Numbered from the stretch's first letter, positions 10,662 through 20,789 are shown. The stretch is DNA of 64,000 nucleotides from Syntrophales bacterium (GCA_963666365.2 CAXXNF010000002.1:1728001-1792000), one strand, 5' to 3'. Translations and numbers: made by a program. The notes: generated by a model not told the origin, from the letters alone.

Positions 10662-11720
10662 ATGGAAAAAAAGCTAACACGACGTGATGTACTCAAAATG
10701 GGAGCGACCGCCGGGGCAATCGCAACAACGGGAGCAATTGCATCGGCCGGTACGGCATTTGCGAAATCAAACAAAAAAGCAAAGTTCAGTTGGAGAATGC
10801 AGTGTCACTGGCCGATAGGCGTAGAATATTATCAACATAACTACATTGCATTCTGTGATTCGGTAAGAGAAGCAACAGATGGCGAACTGGATATAAAGCC
10901 CTTTCCACCCAATTCCATCGTGCCCACAAAGGATACCCTTGAAGCAGTGGGAAACGGACTTTTTGAAATCAACTGGTGCTGGCCCGCCTACTGGCAGGGT
11001 AAAATGCCTGTCGCATCGCTGGCATGCGGTCATACCTTCGTATGGGATAATCTCTCCCAAATGTACTGGAATACCAACATGCAAAATGCGATGGAGTACT
11101 ACCGGGCGGCATACGCGGACCACAATGTGCATCTGGTAGGATTTCTCGGCGTTGACGGAATTACCCTCTGGTCGAAGAAACCGATCGAAAAAATAGAAGA
11201 TTTCAAAGGCCTTAAGGTGCGAAGCACGGGAACACCTGCCGATACCATGAGAAAAGCGGGGGCCACTCCCGTGTATTTTCCCGGTTCCGAATTGTATCAG
11301 GCCCTCCAAACCGGCGTCTGTGAAGCGGCGCACTGGGGCGGCATCTATACAGGCGCCGAGATGAAATTTGCCGAAGTTACTCAATATATTGTTCAGCCTG
11401 ACCTCGCACGGGTAAGCAACGCCGAAATTTTCATCAACAAGCAGAAATGGGAGAAACTTCCCGGTGACTTCAAGAAAATCATTAATGAGTGCACCATGGC
11501 AAACAATTATGATCTCTACTCATTCTGCGACTTCAAAAGCAAGAAGATCCTTAAGGATGTGGTGGACTCGAAGAAGGTCTCCGTGAGCAGGCTAGAGCCA
11601 AAAACCGTAGAGCAGCTTAAGGCCTATTCAATCGAGGTTCTTGATGAATATGCCAAAAAGGATCCTAAGTATTGCGGTCCCGTGGTCAAGACGTATAAGG
11701 AAATGTTCAGCCTTACATAA
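10662..11720 (+). CDS. dctP: TRAP substrate-binding protein (DctP) with Tat signal
   Basis: TRRDVLK twin-arginine signal, DFKGLKVR, ELYQALQTG. Confidence 0.92.
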   Translation: MEKKLTRRDVLKMGATAGAIATTGAIASAGTAFAKSNKKAKFSWRMQCHWPIGVEYYQHNYIAFCDSVREATDGELDIKPFPPNSIVPTKDTLEAVGNGLFEINWCWPAYWQGKMPVASLACGHTFVWDNLSQMYWNTNMQNAMEYYRAAYADHNVHLVGFLGVDGITLWSKKPIEKIEDFKGLKVRSTGTPADTMRKAGATPVYFPGSELYQALQTGVCEAAHWGGIYTGAEMKFAEVTQYIVQPDLARVSNAEIFINKQKWEKLPGDFKKIINECTMANNYDLYSFCDFKSKKILKDVVDSKKVSVSRLEPKTVEQLKAYSIEVLDEYAKKDPKYCGPVVKTYKEMFSLT

Positions 11721-11751
11721 GCGGAAGTTACATACGAAGCGCACAAGGCGC

Positions 11752-11781
11752 GGCGGAGCCTTTCATGAAGAAGGCTCCGCC
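11752..11781 (+). other. Strong 11-bp hairpin after dctP (mRNA stabiliser or partial terminator)
   Basis: GGCGGAGCCTT-N8-AAGGCTCCGCC, no U-tract. Confidence 0.6.
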
Positions 11782-11821
11782 GATTCGCCAACCATTGGGG
11801 CACAACCTAAGCGGTACAGCC

Positions 11822-13336
11822 ATGCTGAGAACCAGCGAACAATATCATCGTGATCTTTTTTCCATGAGGAACAATGTGTTCATCGGTGGAAACCTGGTGG
11901 GCAGGGATGACTCTCGATTGACGACAGGGAGAAATGTAATCGACCTGACCTACGACCTGGTCACGGCCCCGGAGTGGAAAGAACTCCTCTCAACAACATC
12001 ACCGGTTACCGGTTATAACGTCAGTCGGTTTTCCCATCTCTCTCAACATCCCTTTGACCTGCTTCAATGGCAAAAACTGGTCAGGACACTCTGTCGCCGC
12101 TGCGGTGGCTGCATACAACGATGCGGAGGACATGACGCCCTTTCGGCCCTTGGCATCTATGCGAACGAAATCGACAAAAATAGAAGCTCTTATTATTTAA
12201 AACGATTCACCGATTATCTGACGTCATTTCAGCACAGGGATTTAAATGCCTGTTGCGCCCATATTGACGCGAAAGGCGACCGGCTCAGGAAATTAAGCGA
12301 GCAGGAAAACCCCGAGCAGTATCTTCACATCATAGAAAAGCGGGATGAAGGTATTATTGTAAGCGGGCGAAAGACAGCGAGCATACAAGCGGCCTATGCC
12401 GATGAAATCATAGTACTGCCAGGATATTCCATGGATGCAGACGACAGGGATTACGCAATCGCCTTTGCAATCCCTGCCGATTGGGAAGGAATCAGCTTAA
12501 TCACAAAACCCTCGGGGAATAATAGCATAGACAACTTTGATAACTCCCCCTTTTGCAGGTTCGGAACATCACAATCGATTGTGGTTTTTGATAACGCCTA
12601 CATTCCACGCGAAAGGATCTTCATGTGCGGCGAGTGGGATTTCAGCAACAGGCTCGTTTCGCTCTACAAAGCCTTTCACCTCTTTAACCATAGCGGCTGC
12701 AAACTGGCCCTTTCGGAAATCCTCTGCGGAACGGCATCGCTGGCCGCCGAAGTTAACAACATGGAACACATTCCTCATATAAAACATAAAATACTGTCAT
12801 CAGTTCACGCCGCCAGACTGGCACATGCCGCAGGCGTGGCAGCAGCCCTCTATGGTGAAAAAACCCAAAATGGACTCATTATACCCAATGGCGACTATGT
12901 TGCCGCCGCGAAGACATTCACAGAAAAACTCATTAACAATGAATTAGGCATATTGAACCATATCTCCGGGAACATGACGGCATCTCTTCCGCTGACACAG
13001 GACTTTTACGGTAAGGAAACAAAAGAGCTTTTAAGAAAGTTTATTACGAGAAATCCTGCCATCCCTCCCGAACTTTCTCTAAAAATTTGGAAATACATTG
13101 AGAGTGTGGGAAATACATCCTGTATCTGTATTTTGGACACGGAAGACATACCAGGAAATGCTCTGTCATACCAAGACAGATATGCAGAGAACGGTCAAGG
13201 CCATTATGACGACATAAAAACACTGGCACGGTACCTTGCCGGTGTCGACGATACACTGGATGATGAAAGAATACGGAATGAAAACCCGACGTTCGGTATA
13301 AGTTTGATCGAACAGTCCATCTTTTCTGACAGGTAA
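11822..13336 (+). CDS. Divergent 4-hydroxybutyryl-CoA dehydratase (AbfD/HpaB)-family protein, paralog 1
   Basis: Colinear with 14135-15640 (MLRTSEQY...ARYLAG...PTFG). Keeps CIQRC and H-x6-CK but lacks the HGxGSP motif. Confidence 0.85.
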   Translation: MLRTSEQYHRDLFSMRNNVFIGGNLVGRDDSRLTTGRNVIDLTYDLVTAPEWKELLSTTSPVTGYNVSRFSHLSQHPFDLLQWQKLVRTLCRRCGGCIQRCGGHDALSALGIYANEIDKNRSSYYLKRFTDYLTSFQHRDLNACCAHIDAKGDRLRKLSEQENPEQYLHIIEKRDEGIIVSGRKTASIQAAYADEIIVLPGYSMDADDRDYAIAFAIPADWEGISLITKPSGNNSIDNFDNSPFCRFGTSQSIVVFDNAYIPRERIFMCGEWDFSNRLVSLYKAFHLFNHSGCKLALSEILCGTASLAAEVNNMEHIPHIKHKILSSVHAARLAHAAGVAAALYGEKTQNGLIIPNGDYVAAAKTFTEKLINNELGILNHISGNMTASLPLTQDFYGKETKELLRKFITRNPAIPPELSLKIWKYIESVGNTSCICILDTEDIPGNALSYQDRYAENGQGHYDDIKTLARYLAGVDDTLDDERIRNENPTFGISLIEQSIFSDR

Positions 13337-13408
13337 CTGAAAATCATTTTTCTCGAAACGGACTCCGTTGGAATGGCCGGGAGTTAATAGAAAGGAGCGG
13401 CATTCATC

Positions 13409-13909
13409 ATGACGACCGACAAGGAATCGAAGCTTAATCAAATAGAAAAGACGGCGCAGCATTATGAGGAAGTATATCATGGATGTTCGCGCTGTGTTTT
13501 TAAGGCGCTGCAGGAACACCTGAACCTGGGGGACGGCGCGACGGTAAAAGCCGCAACCCCTTTTGCAGCAGGCATTGCCATGCGCGGTGAAACCTGTGGC
13601 GCCCTTCTGGGAGGATTGATGGCGCTCGGAATCGTAACTGCAAGTGAAAATTTTGAGGATGAAGCAGCCCAATTCGGCGCAATGGCGGCAGCATACAGAC
13701 TCGCACGGAAGGTTGAAAAAGAATTCGGATCCACTCAGTGTAAAACCATTCAAACCGAAAAGCTGGGACAATTTTACAGTCTCGCCGATCCTCAGCAATA
13801 TGAAGCGTTTGTTGCAGCGGGGGGATATGTGGAATGTCCGAAGGTGGTCGGTAAAATCGCAAGAATGACCGGAGCATTCATTCTGGAGTATCTTGAGGGA
13901 AAGAAATAA
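13409..13909 (+). CDS. C-GCAxxG-C-C family putative redox/Fe-S protein (second copy)
   Basis: HGCSRC, GETCGALLG, FGSTQC, ECPKVV; RBS AAGGAG. Confidence 0.87.
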   Translation: MTTDKESKLNQIEKTAQHYEEVYHGCSRCVFKALQEHLNLGDGATVKAATPFAAGIAMRGETCGALLGGLMALGIVTASENFEDEAAQFGAMAAAYRLARKVEKEFGSTQCKTIQTEKLGQFYSLADPQQYEAFVAAGGYVECPKVVGKIARMTGAFILEYLEGKK

Positions 13910-14134
13910 CTAGCGACAGTACGACACCCAATGAATCGATATGGATGGGGACTCTCACCGTACTGAGCGTATCGGAGCTCTTTTGGACTGCATATTCACG
14001 AGTTATAACGGGAACGAAAATTTATATCGACAATAGACCTTCTATTGTTTAGAGTTATATTTTGTTTTTATAAAAGAGGAGGGTGAAATTCCCTGCATGA
14101 GCATACAAAACTATTTTAATAAGGAGCACGTATA

Positions 14135-15640
14135 ATGCTGAGAACAAAAGAGCAGTACCATGAACGGCTATTTTCGATGAGAAATAACATCTATATCGGA
14201 GGGGACAGGGTAAATCGCAACGACCATCGCCTTCGGCCAGGGCTCAATGTGCTGGATGTCACCTTTGATGTGGCGCAAAACTCGGAGTGGAAGGGGCTTG
14301 CCACGGCCGTCTCGTCCCTCACGGGGGAAGAAATCAACAGGTGGAACCACCTGCCCCAGAGCCCTTACGATCTGCTGCAAAAACAAAAACTGATCCGTCT
14401 GACGGCCCGGCGGGTAGGCGGATGTATTCAGCGGTGTATGGGACATGACGCGATCAACGCATTGGCCATCTGCACCAAAGAGATAGACGACGCGCATGGA
14501 ACTGAATATCATAAACGGTTTATGACGTACCTGCAGAACTATCAATCCCTCGACCTTGATGGCACCTGTTCCCAGACCGATGCAAAGGGCGACCGGTTGA
14601 AGAGACCGTCCCAGCAGGAAAACCCCGATTCATATGTCCACATCGTGGAAAAGAAATCGGATGGTATTGTGGTAAAGGGAATGAAAATGTCCATTACCCA
14701 GGCCGCCTATGCCGATGTGCTCTTTGTGGTGCCCACGCGAGCGCTTACGGAAGAAGATAAAGACTGGGCCGTCGCCTTCGCAGTACCCGCTGATGCGGAA
14801 GGAATCAAGATGATCACCCGGCCTGTCTGGATGCGTGACAAGGACGAAGCGGGGGCCGCCCCCTTTTCCACCTATGGGGTATCGGACTCGGTAATTATTT
14901 ATGACAATGTCTTTGTCCCCTGGGAACAGGTGTTCATGTGCGGAGAATGGCAGTACGGGCGCCGTCTGGCCCTTCTCTTCGCCGATTCTCACCGTCACAG
15001 CTACAGCGGGTGCAAACCGGGTGTGTCCGATGTGCTCTGCGGCGCCACAGCGCTGGCGGCGGAGGCGAATAATGTGGCCAAAATGTCTCACGTGCGGGAA
15101 AAACTTTCCGAGTATGCGGAAGCAGCGGAACTGGCCTATGCGGCAGGCGTCGCCGCCGCCGTATTCGGCGAAAAGACATCGAGCGGCGTGTTCTTCCCCA
15201 ATGAAATCTATGCAAACGTTGGCCGTCGAATGACGGGAGAATCGATCTATCACGAATACAACATACTGACGGAAATAGCGGGCGGCATCTCGGTGACGCT
15301 CCCCTTCGCCGAGGATTTCGATGCACCGGAAACGAAGAAGGAACTGGAACGATTCATCATACGCAATCCCGCTATCAATGCGGAAGATGCCTTAAAGATC
15401 TGGAAGTTTGTGGAAAATGTGGGGGCATCACCCATGACGGCCTGGTACTTGATCGCCGGCGTGCATGGCGGCGGCTCGCCCGTCATGGAAACGATCGCCC
15501 TGAATATCGGCTACGACTATGATGAACGGAAACGGCTTGCCCGCTATCTCGCCGGCATCGACAAGGATTTCGATGACTCGAAAATGAGATCCCTGGAACC
15601 CACGTTCGGAGACGGGTTGAAAGAGGAACGAAAATTGTAA
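14135..15640 (+). CDS. 4-hydroxybutyryl-CoA dehydratase (AbfD)-like FAD/[4Fe-4S] enzyme, paralog 2
   Basis: GGCIQRCMGHD, TDAKGDR, HRHSYSGCK, HGGGSP. Confidence 0.88.
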   Translation: MLRTKEQYHERLFSMRNNIYIGGDRVNRNDHRLRPGLNVLDVTFDVAQNSEWKGLATAVSSLTGEEINRWNHLPQSPYDLLQKQKLIRLTARRVGGCIQRCMGHDAINALAICTKEIDDAHGTEYHKRFMTYLQNYQSLDLDGTCSQTDAKGDRLKRPSQQENPDSYVHIVEKKSDGIVVKGMKMSITQAAYADVLFVVPTRALTEEDKDWAVAFAVPADAEGIKMITRPVWMRDKDEAGAAPFSTYGVSDSVIIYDNVFVPWEQVFMCGEWQYGRRLALLFADSHRHSYSGCKPGVSDVLCGATALAAEANNVAKMSHVREKLSEYAEAAELAYAAGVAAAVFGEKTSSGVFFPNEIYANVGRRMTGESIYHEYNILTEIAGGISVTLPFAEDFDAPETKKELERFIIRNPAINAEDALKIWKFVENVGASPMTAWYLIAGVHGGGSPVMETIALNIGYDYDERKRLARYLAGIDKDFDDSKMRSLEPTFGDGLKEERKL

Positions 15641-15662
15641 TCCTTAATGGTCTTCTGAGGAA

Positions 15663-15699
15663 AAAGGCCCTCTCTGTTTTCATAACACAGAGGGCTTTC
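15663..15699 (+). terminator. Putative intrinsic terminator hairpin
   Basis: GCCCTCT...AGAGGGC stem flanked by A run and TTT. Confidence 0.5.
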
Positions 15700-15731
15700 A
15701 ATCCCTAAGAAGACTGAAGAAAGGACTCGCC

Positions 15732-16250
15732 ATGATCCCCACCATAAAGAAAATCCTCTATGCAACAGATTTATCCAGGAATTCCGCTTATGCCTTTCGT
15801 TATGCCATGAATTCGGCGCTCAAACATGATGCAAGAATAACTATTCTTCACGTGATCGAAGAAATGTCCCCCAGCGCCGAGGCTGTTGTGAAACTTCATA
15901 TTGGAGAAGCGGAACACGAAAGAATTATAAGGGGGGCCATCGAACAATCCATGTCGGGGATAAAAAAGCGGATTCAGATTTTCTGCGATAAAGAAATGGA
16001 GGGGCGTCCCGAATGTTTCGACAAGGTTGATGATATTGAAGTCTGTGAAGGATATCCCGCCGACGAGATACTGAGGCGGGCATACGAAGAGGGCTTCGAC
16101 CTTATCATCATGGGATCTCATGGTCGTGGCATCCTGAGCCATAGTTTTTTGGGCAGTACCGCCGAACGGGTACTTCGCAGGACACGCATACCTATCTACA
16201 CCATTCCGCTGCCGAAGGGGGACATTGATATTTCCCTGCCCGACATTTAG
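15732..16250 (+). CDS. Universal stress protein (UspA family)
   Basis: KKILYATDLS, DLIIMGSHG, LGSTAERV. Confidence 0.93.
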   Translation: MIPTIKKILYATDLSRNSAYAFRYAMNSALKHDARITILHVIEEMSPSAEAVVKLHIGEAEHERIIRGAIEQSMSGIKKRIQIFCDKEMEGRPECFDKVDDIEVCEGYPADEILRRAYEEGFDLIIMGSHGRGILSHSFLGSTAERVLRRTRIPIYTIPLPKGDIDISLPDI

Positions 16251-16329
16251 CACCGAGCTTAAAAAACGAACCCTTTCCCCGTGTCGAATGCGCAACACTG
16301 TATTTTTATACGAAACGAGGCAATCAGAC

Positions 16330-16965
16330 GTGAACGTGGGGTACGTGCTTGCCAACAGCGCCGCCAAATTTCCCGATAAGGAGGCCATCGTCTGTGACCA
16401 GGGGCGCATGACCTACGGAGCTTTTGAAGATCGCGCCGCCCGTCTGGCCGGTGCCATGCTGTCTGCAGGACTGACGCGGGGAGAACGGGTGGCCTTGCTT
16501 TTCTACAACGGCGGACCCTTTGTGGAAACCTACTTTGCCGCGGTACGGATCGGTTTGGTGGCCACGCCGGTAAACTTCCGCCTTGTGGGAGAAGAAATTG
16601 TCTATATTTTAACCGATTCCAACGCAGCAGCGCTGTTTCACGGACCGGAATTCCAGACCGTAATCGAACAGGTTCGCCATCGGTGTCCCGCACTGCGCCT
16701 GGTAGTATGTCCGGGTGGAGGAAAAGGAACGGTTGATTACGACGGGTTCCTCTCGGATGGAACGCCATGTCCTATCGATATTACCGTGACCTAATCAGAC
16801 CGGTCTCAGCTCATGTACACTTCTGGCACCACCGGACGGCCTAAGGGCGCCATGATAAGTCACGGCAACGTCCTGTGGAACCTTGTCAATTCCATGCTCG
16901 AACGAGAAGATCGGCCGGGACAGGTGTCGGTGATCGTCGGTCCCCTCCACCATACAGCGGCGCTG
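16330..16965 (+). pseudogene. Truncated AMP-dependent acyl-CoA ligase
   Basis: GTG start. In-frame TAA at 16792-16794 just before YTSGTTGRPKG in the same frame. Similarity ends at GPLHHTAAL. Confidence 0.85.
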
Positions 16966-18371
16966 CCACCAAGACCGATCTGGTGTTGGGCGCCCTGATT
17001 ATTCTGCTTGTCCTGGAATGTACGCGGAGGCTCATGGGATGGGCGCTTCCCATTATCACTGAGGTGGCACTCTCCTACACCCTCTTCGGCGACCGCATTA
17101 CCGGTCTCTGGGGGCATTTCCCCATCGACTTTGAACAGCTCATCAGTTACCAGTATCTGACCACGGAGGGACTCTTCGGCATACCGCTGGGGGTAAGCGC
17201 CAGTTTTATTTTTGTGTTTATCATGTTCGGCGCCTTCCTGGTCACTTCGGGCACGGGAAAATTTTTCATCAGATTCGCAAACGCCCTGGCAGGCCATCTC
17301 AGAGGCGGACCGGCAAAGGTAGCGGTGGTAAGCAGTGCCTTTTTCGGCACAATCAGCGGCTCCGCCGTGGCAAATGTCGTTAGTACGGGATCATTCACAA
17401 TTCCCCTGATGAAAAAAATCGGCTACTGATCCGTTTTTTCAGGGGCGGTGGAATCGGTCTCATCCGCGGGAGAACAGTTTATGCCGCCGGGAATGGGCGC
17501 CGGCGCCTTTATCATGGCCGATATGCTGGGCGTTCCCTACCTGGATGTCTGCAAAGCCGCCATCATTCCGGGAGCACTCTACTTTTTCGCCCTCTTCTGG
17601 ATGGTCCACATGGAAGCGCTCAAATCGGGACTTCGAGGGCTCAACCGCGACGAACTTCCCCAGTTCTGGCCGGTGGTAAAAGGGGGCGGCCATTTGATGA
17701 TTCCCGCCTTTCTCCTGGTCGCGTTTCTGATCATGTGCTACTCCCCCATGAAGTCGGGTCTCTGGGCCATAATCGCCGTCTGGATCGTCAGCTTTCTGAA
17801 AAAGAGCACCCGGATGAATCTGACATCGGTCCTGAACGCCATGGAGAAAGGCGCCAGGGGATGTCTTGAGGTTGCACTGGCCTGCGCCTGCGCCGGTATC
17901 GTCATAGGATGCGTAACACAGACAGGATTGGGACTGAAATTTTCCAGTCTGGTCGTTGCAGCGGCAGGAGGCAAAATGATTTTCACGCTGATTTTCGTCA
18001 TGGTGGCCTCTCTTATCCTGGGCATTGAACTCACCACCTCGGCCGCCTATATACTCACCGTGATTCTGGGAGGTCCTGTGCTGGTTGAATTGGGAATCCC
18101 CCCGCTCGCTGCACACATGTTTGTATTCTATTACGCATATCTCTCCTGCATTACCCCTCCGGTCGCCCTGGGATCGGGAATGATGGGCTACCTGCGCGAC
18201 CGACTGAACTGGGGGTTTCGCATCCTACTGCTCATGGCAGGACTGGGGCTCATAAAACCGGAGCTGGTCACGGACCTTTTCGGTATTTTCGCACTGGGAG
18301 GCATCCTCCTTTATCAGTACTGGGAAAACAGGCATTCGGCGGCGGCCATGACGTCGGGAACACCCGGCTGA
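16959..18371 (+). pseudogene. Fused 4TM/12TM TRAP (TAXI-type) permease remnant
   Basis: Lacks N-terminus. GGPAKVAV and GTISGSAVANV present. In-frame TGA at 17427-17429. Apparent internal deletion after ITPPVAL (~18170). Confidence 0.85.
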
Positions 18372-18436
18372 GCATACACACCCGGTCAACATGGCACAGG
18401 TGCGACAGCGATGGCTGTTGCCCACATATGCCTGTG

Positions 18437-20524
18437 TCAGGGCTTCAGAATCACCGTGGCATCAACGGCAACAGGACGTCCGTTCACCACCGCCAGCGGA
18501 TTGATATCGATCTGTTCGATCCGGGGAGCGGCCAGGCCCAGGTTGCCCAGATTGACCAGTATCTCCGCCATCGCTGCTTCATCGAGGGGCGCCGTTCCCC
18601 TATAGCCCTGGAGGAGTTTCTTCCCCTTGATGCGCCCGATCAATTGGAGGGCCTCACCCCTTGAAAGCGGCGCCAGGGCAAACACCACGTCACGCGTCAG
18701 TTCCGAGAAGATACCCCCCAGGCCGAACATGACGACGGGACCGAACTGGTCGTCCCGGAGAAATCCGGCGATCAGTTCGTAATCGGCGGCGAGATGCCGC
18801 TGGATCAATAGACGCCCCTCACCATTCATTGAACTTTTCAGGTTCTCAAAGGCCTCTTTCAGGTCGTCTTCATGGGCAATGCCCAGGCGGACGAGCCCCG
18901 ATTCCGTTTTGTGCACCCGGCCGGGCACGAGCCCCTTGAGGGCCACGGGAAACCCCATTGCATCCGCTTTTTCATTCGCTTCCGAAAAAGAAGCGACAAG
19001 AGACTCTTCAACCACGGGAATCGCGCATGGCGCCAATATCCGCTTGCTTTCATGCTCATCCAGCACCCTTTCGGACGGTGACTCCGGCAAAAGATCCTGA
19101 ATATCGCATGATTCCGACAGCACAGGAGCAGAAAGATGAGAAGAGCCTGTTTCCGGGCGCGGTTGATACCGTGACGCCACAGCAAGACATTCCACAATTC
19201 TCGACAGTTCTCCCGACAGCGGAATGCCGCATCGCTGGGCCTCCTGCTTGAAGACCCGCGTCGCCTCACGGCGGCCGATCACCCAGCAGACCAGAATCTT
19301 TCCGGCACGGTCCGCCGCTTCCTTCATGCGGGCAAGCCCCTCGTAATTTTTATACAATCCGCTGAAATAGTGCAGAAATACGGCATCGATGGCCGGATCT
19401 TCTATCAGGGCGTTAAAGGCGCCCTCGTAGGCGGCAAGGGGACCCTTCAGGGCAAAGGCGGGGAAAAGATCCACCGGATTTGCCGCGGGGAGCCAGTCGG
19501 GGAACACGGCACTCAACTTCTGCATCGTTTCCGAAGAAAATTGCGCCACCTCCAATCCCTGTTCCTCCAGAAGATCGCAGGCTAAGATGCCTGCACCACC
19601 GCTGAAGGTCAATATCGCCGTTCGGCATGGCGAGGGCGTATGGGATATCATGGCAAGGGCGCGGGCAATTTCCATCATCTGCTGAAAATCGTGGGCGATG
19701 GTAACCCCGGCCATTGAAAGCACGCTGTCCTGCAGGACGGCATTGCCGGCCAGACTTGCCGTGTGGCTGAGGGCCGCTTTCGCCCCGGCGGAACTTTTTC
19801 CTCCTTTTAGAAGGACAATCGGTTTCGTCGCGCCCTTTGCCAGTTCCACAAAACGCTCTCCCCGGGGGATGGACTCCAGATAGAGGGCAACGGCGTCGGT
19901 CTCGTCATCCTGAAGCAGATACTCCAGTACATCGCATTCGTCCACATCCAACTTGTTGCCTATGGAACAGGCCTTTCCCACGCCGATGGACCGCTCGCTC
20001 ATCAGATCGGTCAGAAAACCGGCCGAAAGCATGCCGCTCTGCACGATCAGCGAAATCCGTCCCTCGATGAAGCCGTCCTCATACACCAGGGGGTGCATAA
20101 AGGTAAAAAGATGTTTTCGCGGGATGTCGACAAGACCCATGCAATTGGGGCCCCAGACGCGAATACCGGCGGCCTTCGCAATGGCCGCGCACCGCTCCTG
20201 CAGAACGTTGCCCTCCGCACCGACTTCTGAGAATCCGGCGCTCTGAATCATGACCCGGAAGATGCCCTTGCGCCCGCAGGCCTCCAGTGCCTCGGGGACT
20301 GAGGGTGCCGGTACGATAATGATGGCCATATCGACAGGTCCGGGGATCGCCTCCACCGTGGGAAACGCGGGCAGACCATGGATTCGTTCATAATTCGGAT
20401 TCACGGGAAATACAGCGCCTTTGTAGCCGTACAGAAGATTGCCTATCATCTGGCCGCCCAGGCTGTGCCGCCGTTCGCTGGCGCCGATCACCGCAATCGA
20501 CGCGGGATGAAAAAAAGTATGCAT
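18437..20524 (-). CDS. NDP-forming acetate/acyl-CoA synthetase, fused alpha-beta
   Basis: GPNCMG, SHTASLAG (phospho-His), NPVDL, HKTESG, FGPVVMFGLGG, DINPL. Confidence 0.9.
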   Translation of the reverse strand: MHTFFHPASIAVIGASERRHSLGGQMIGNLLYGYKGAVFPVNPNYERIHGLPAFPTVEAIPGPVDMAIIIVPAPSVPEALEACGRKGIFRVMIQSAGFSEVGAEGNVLQERCAAIAKAAGIRVWGPNCMGLVDIPRKHLFTFMHPLVYEDGFIEGRISLIVQSGMLSAGFLTDLMSERSIGVGKACSIGNKLDVDECDVLEYLLQDDETDAVALYLESIPRGERFVELAKGATKPIVLLKGGKSSAGAKAALSHTASLAGNAVLQDSVLSMAGVTIAHDFQQMMEIARALAMISHTPSPCRTAILTFSGGAGILACDLLEEQGLEVAQFSSETMQKLSAVFPDWLPAANPVDLFPAFALKGPLAAYEGAFNALIEDPAIDAVFLHYFSGLYKNYEGLARMKEAADRAGKILVCWVIGRREATRVFKQEAQRCGIPLSGELSRIVECLAVASRYQPRPETGSSHLSAPVLSESCDIQDLLPESPSERVLDEHESKRILAPCAIPVVEESLVASFSEANEKADAMGFPVALKGLVPGRVHKTESGLVRLGIAHEDDLKEAFENLKSSMNGEGRLLIQRHLAADYELIAGFLRDDQFGPVVMFGLGGIFSELTRDVVFALAPLSRGEALQLIGRIKGKKLLQGYRGTAPLDEAAMAEILVNLGNLGLAAPRIEQIDINPLAVVNGRPVAVDATVILKP

Positions 20525-20631
20525 ATCGTGCCTCTTCGCTTGAAAATATTTCACACAGGGGCACCCCTTCCGCCGGTCCTGCGGACATCGCCATGACCCC
20601 TGCGCGGAACGTACAATTCGTTTCGCACAGC

Positions 20632-20660
20632 ACCATATGACGAACCCCCCTCGCTGTCAA
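20632..20660 (-). promoter_or_regulatory. Sigma70 promoter
   Basis: TTGACA-N17-TATGGT on the minus strand, upstream of the synthetase. Confidence 0.55.
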
Positions 20661-20789
20661 CCAGTTTATATTTTCGCATTCATACTTGACAAAGTGCAGG
20701 CCCATCGATCATAAAATGGTGGTCCATCACATCCATGTCGCATCGGTCATGGAGCGGGAAGAAAACATACGGCACGAGGGGAATGTCTC

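Noticed and set aside
11798..11813. GGGCACAACCTAAGCG as a sigma54 promoter for AbfD paralog 1
   Set aside because: Weak -12 element, and the implied TSS would fall at or after the ATG.
17427..17429. In-frame TGA as selenocysteine or readthrough
   Set aside because: The position is not a Cys site, no SECIS-like hairpin is evident, and the gene has other lesions.
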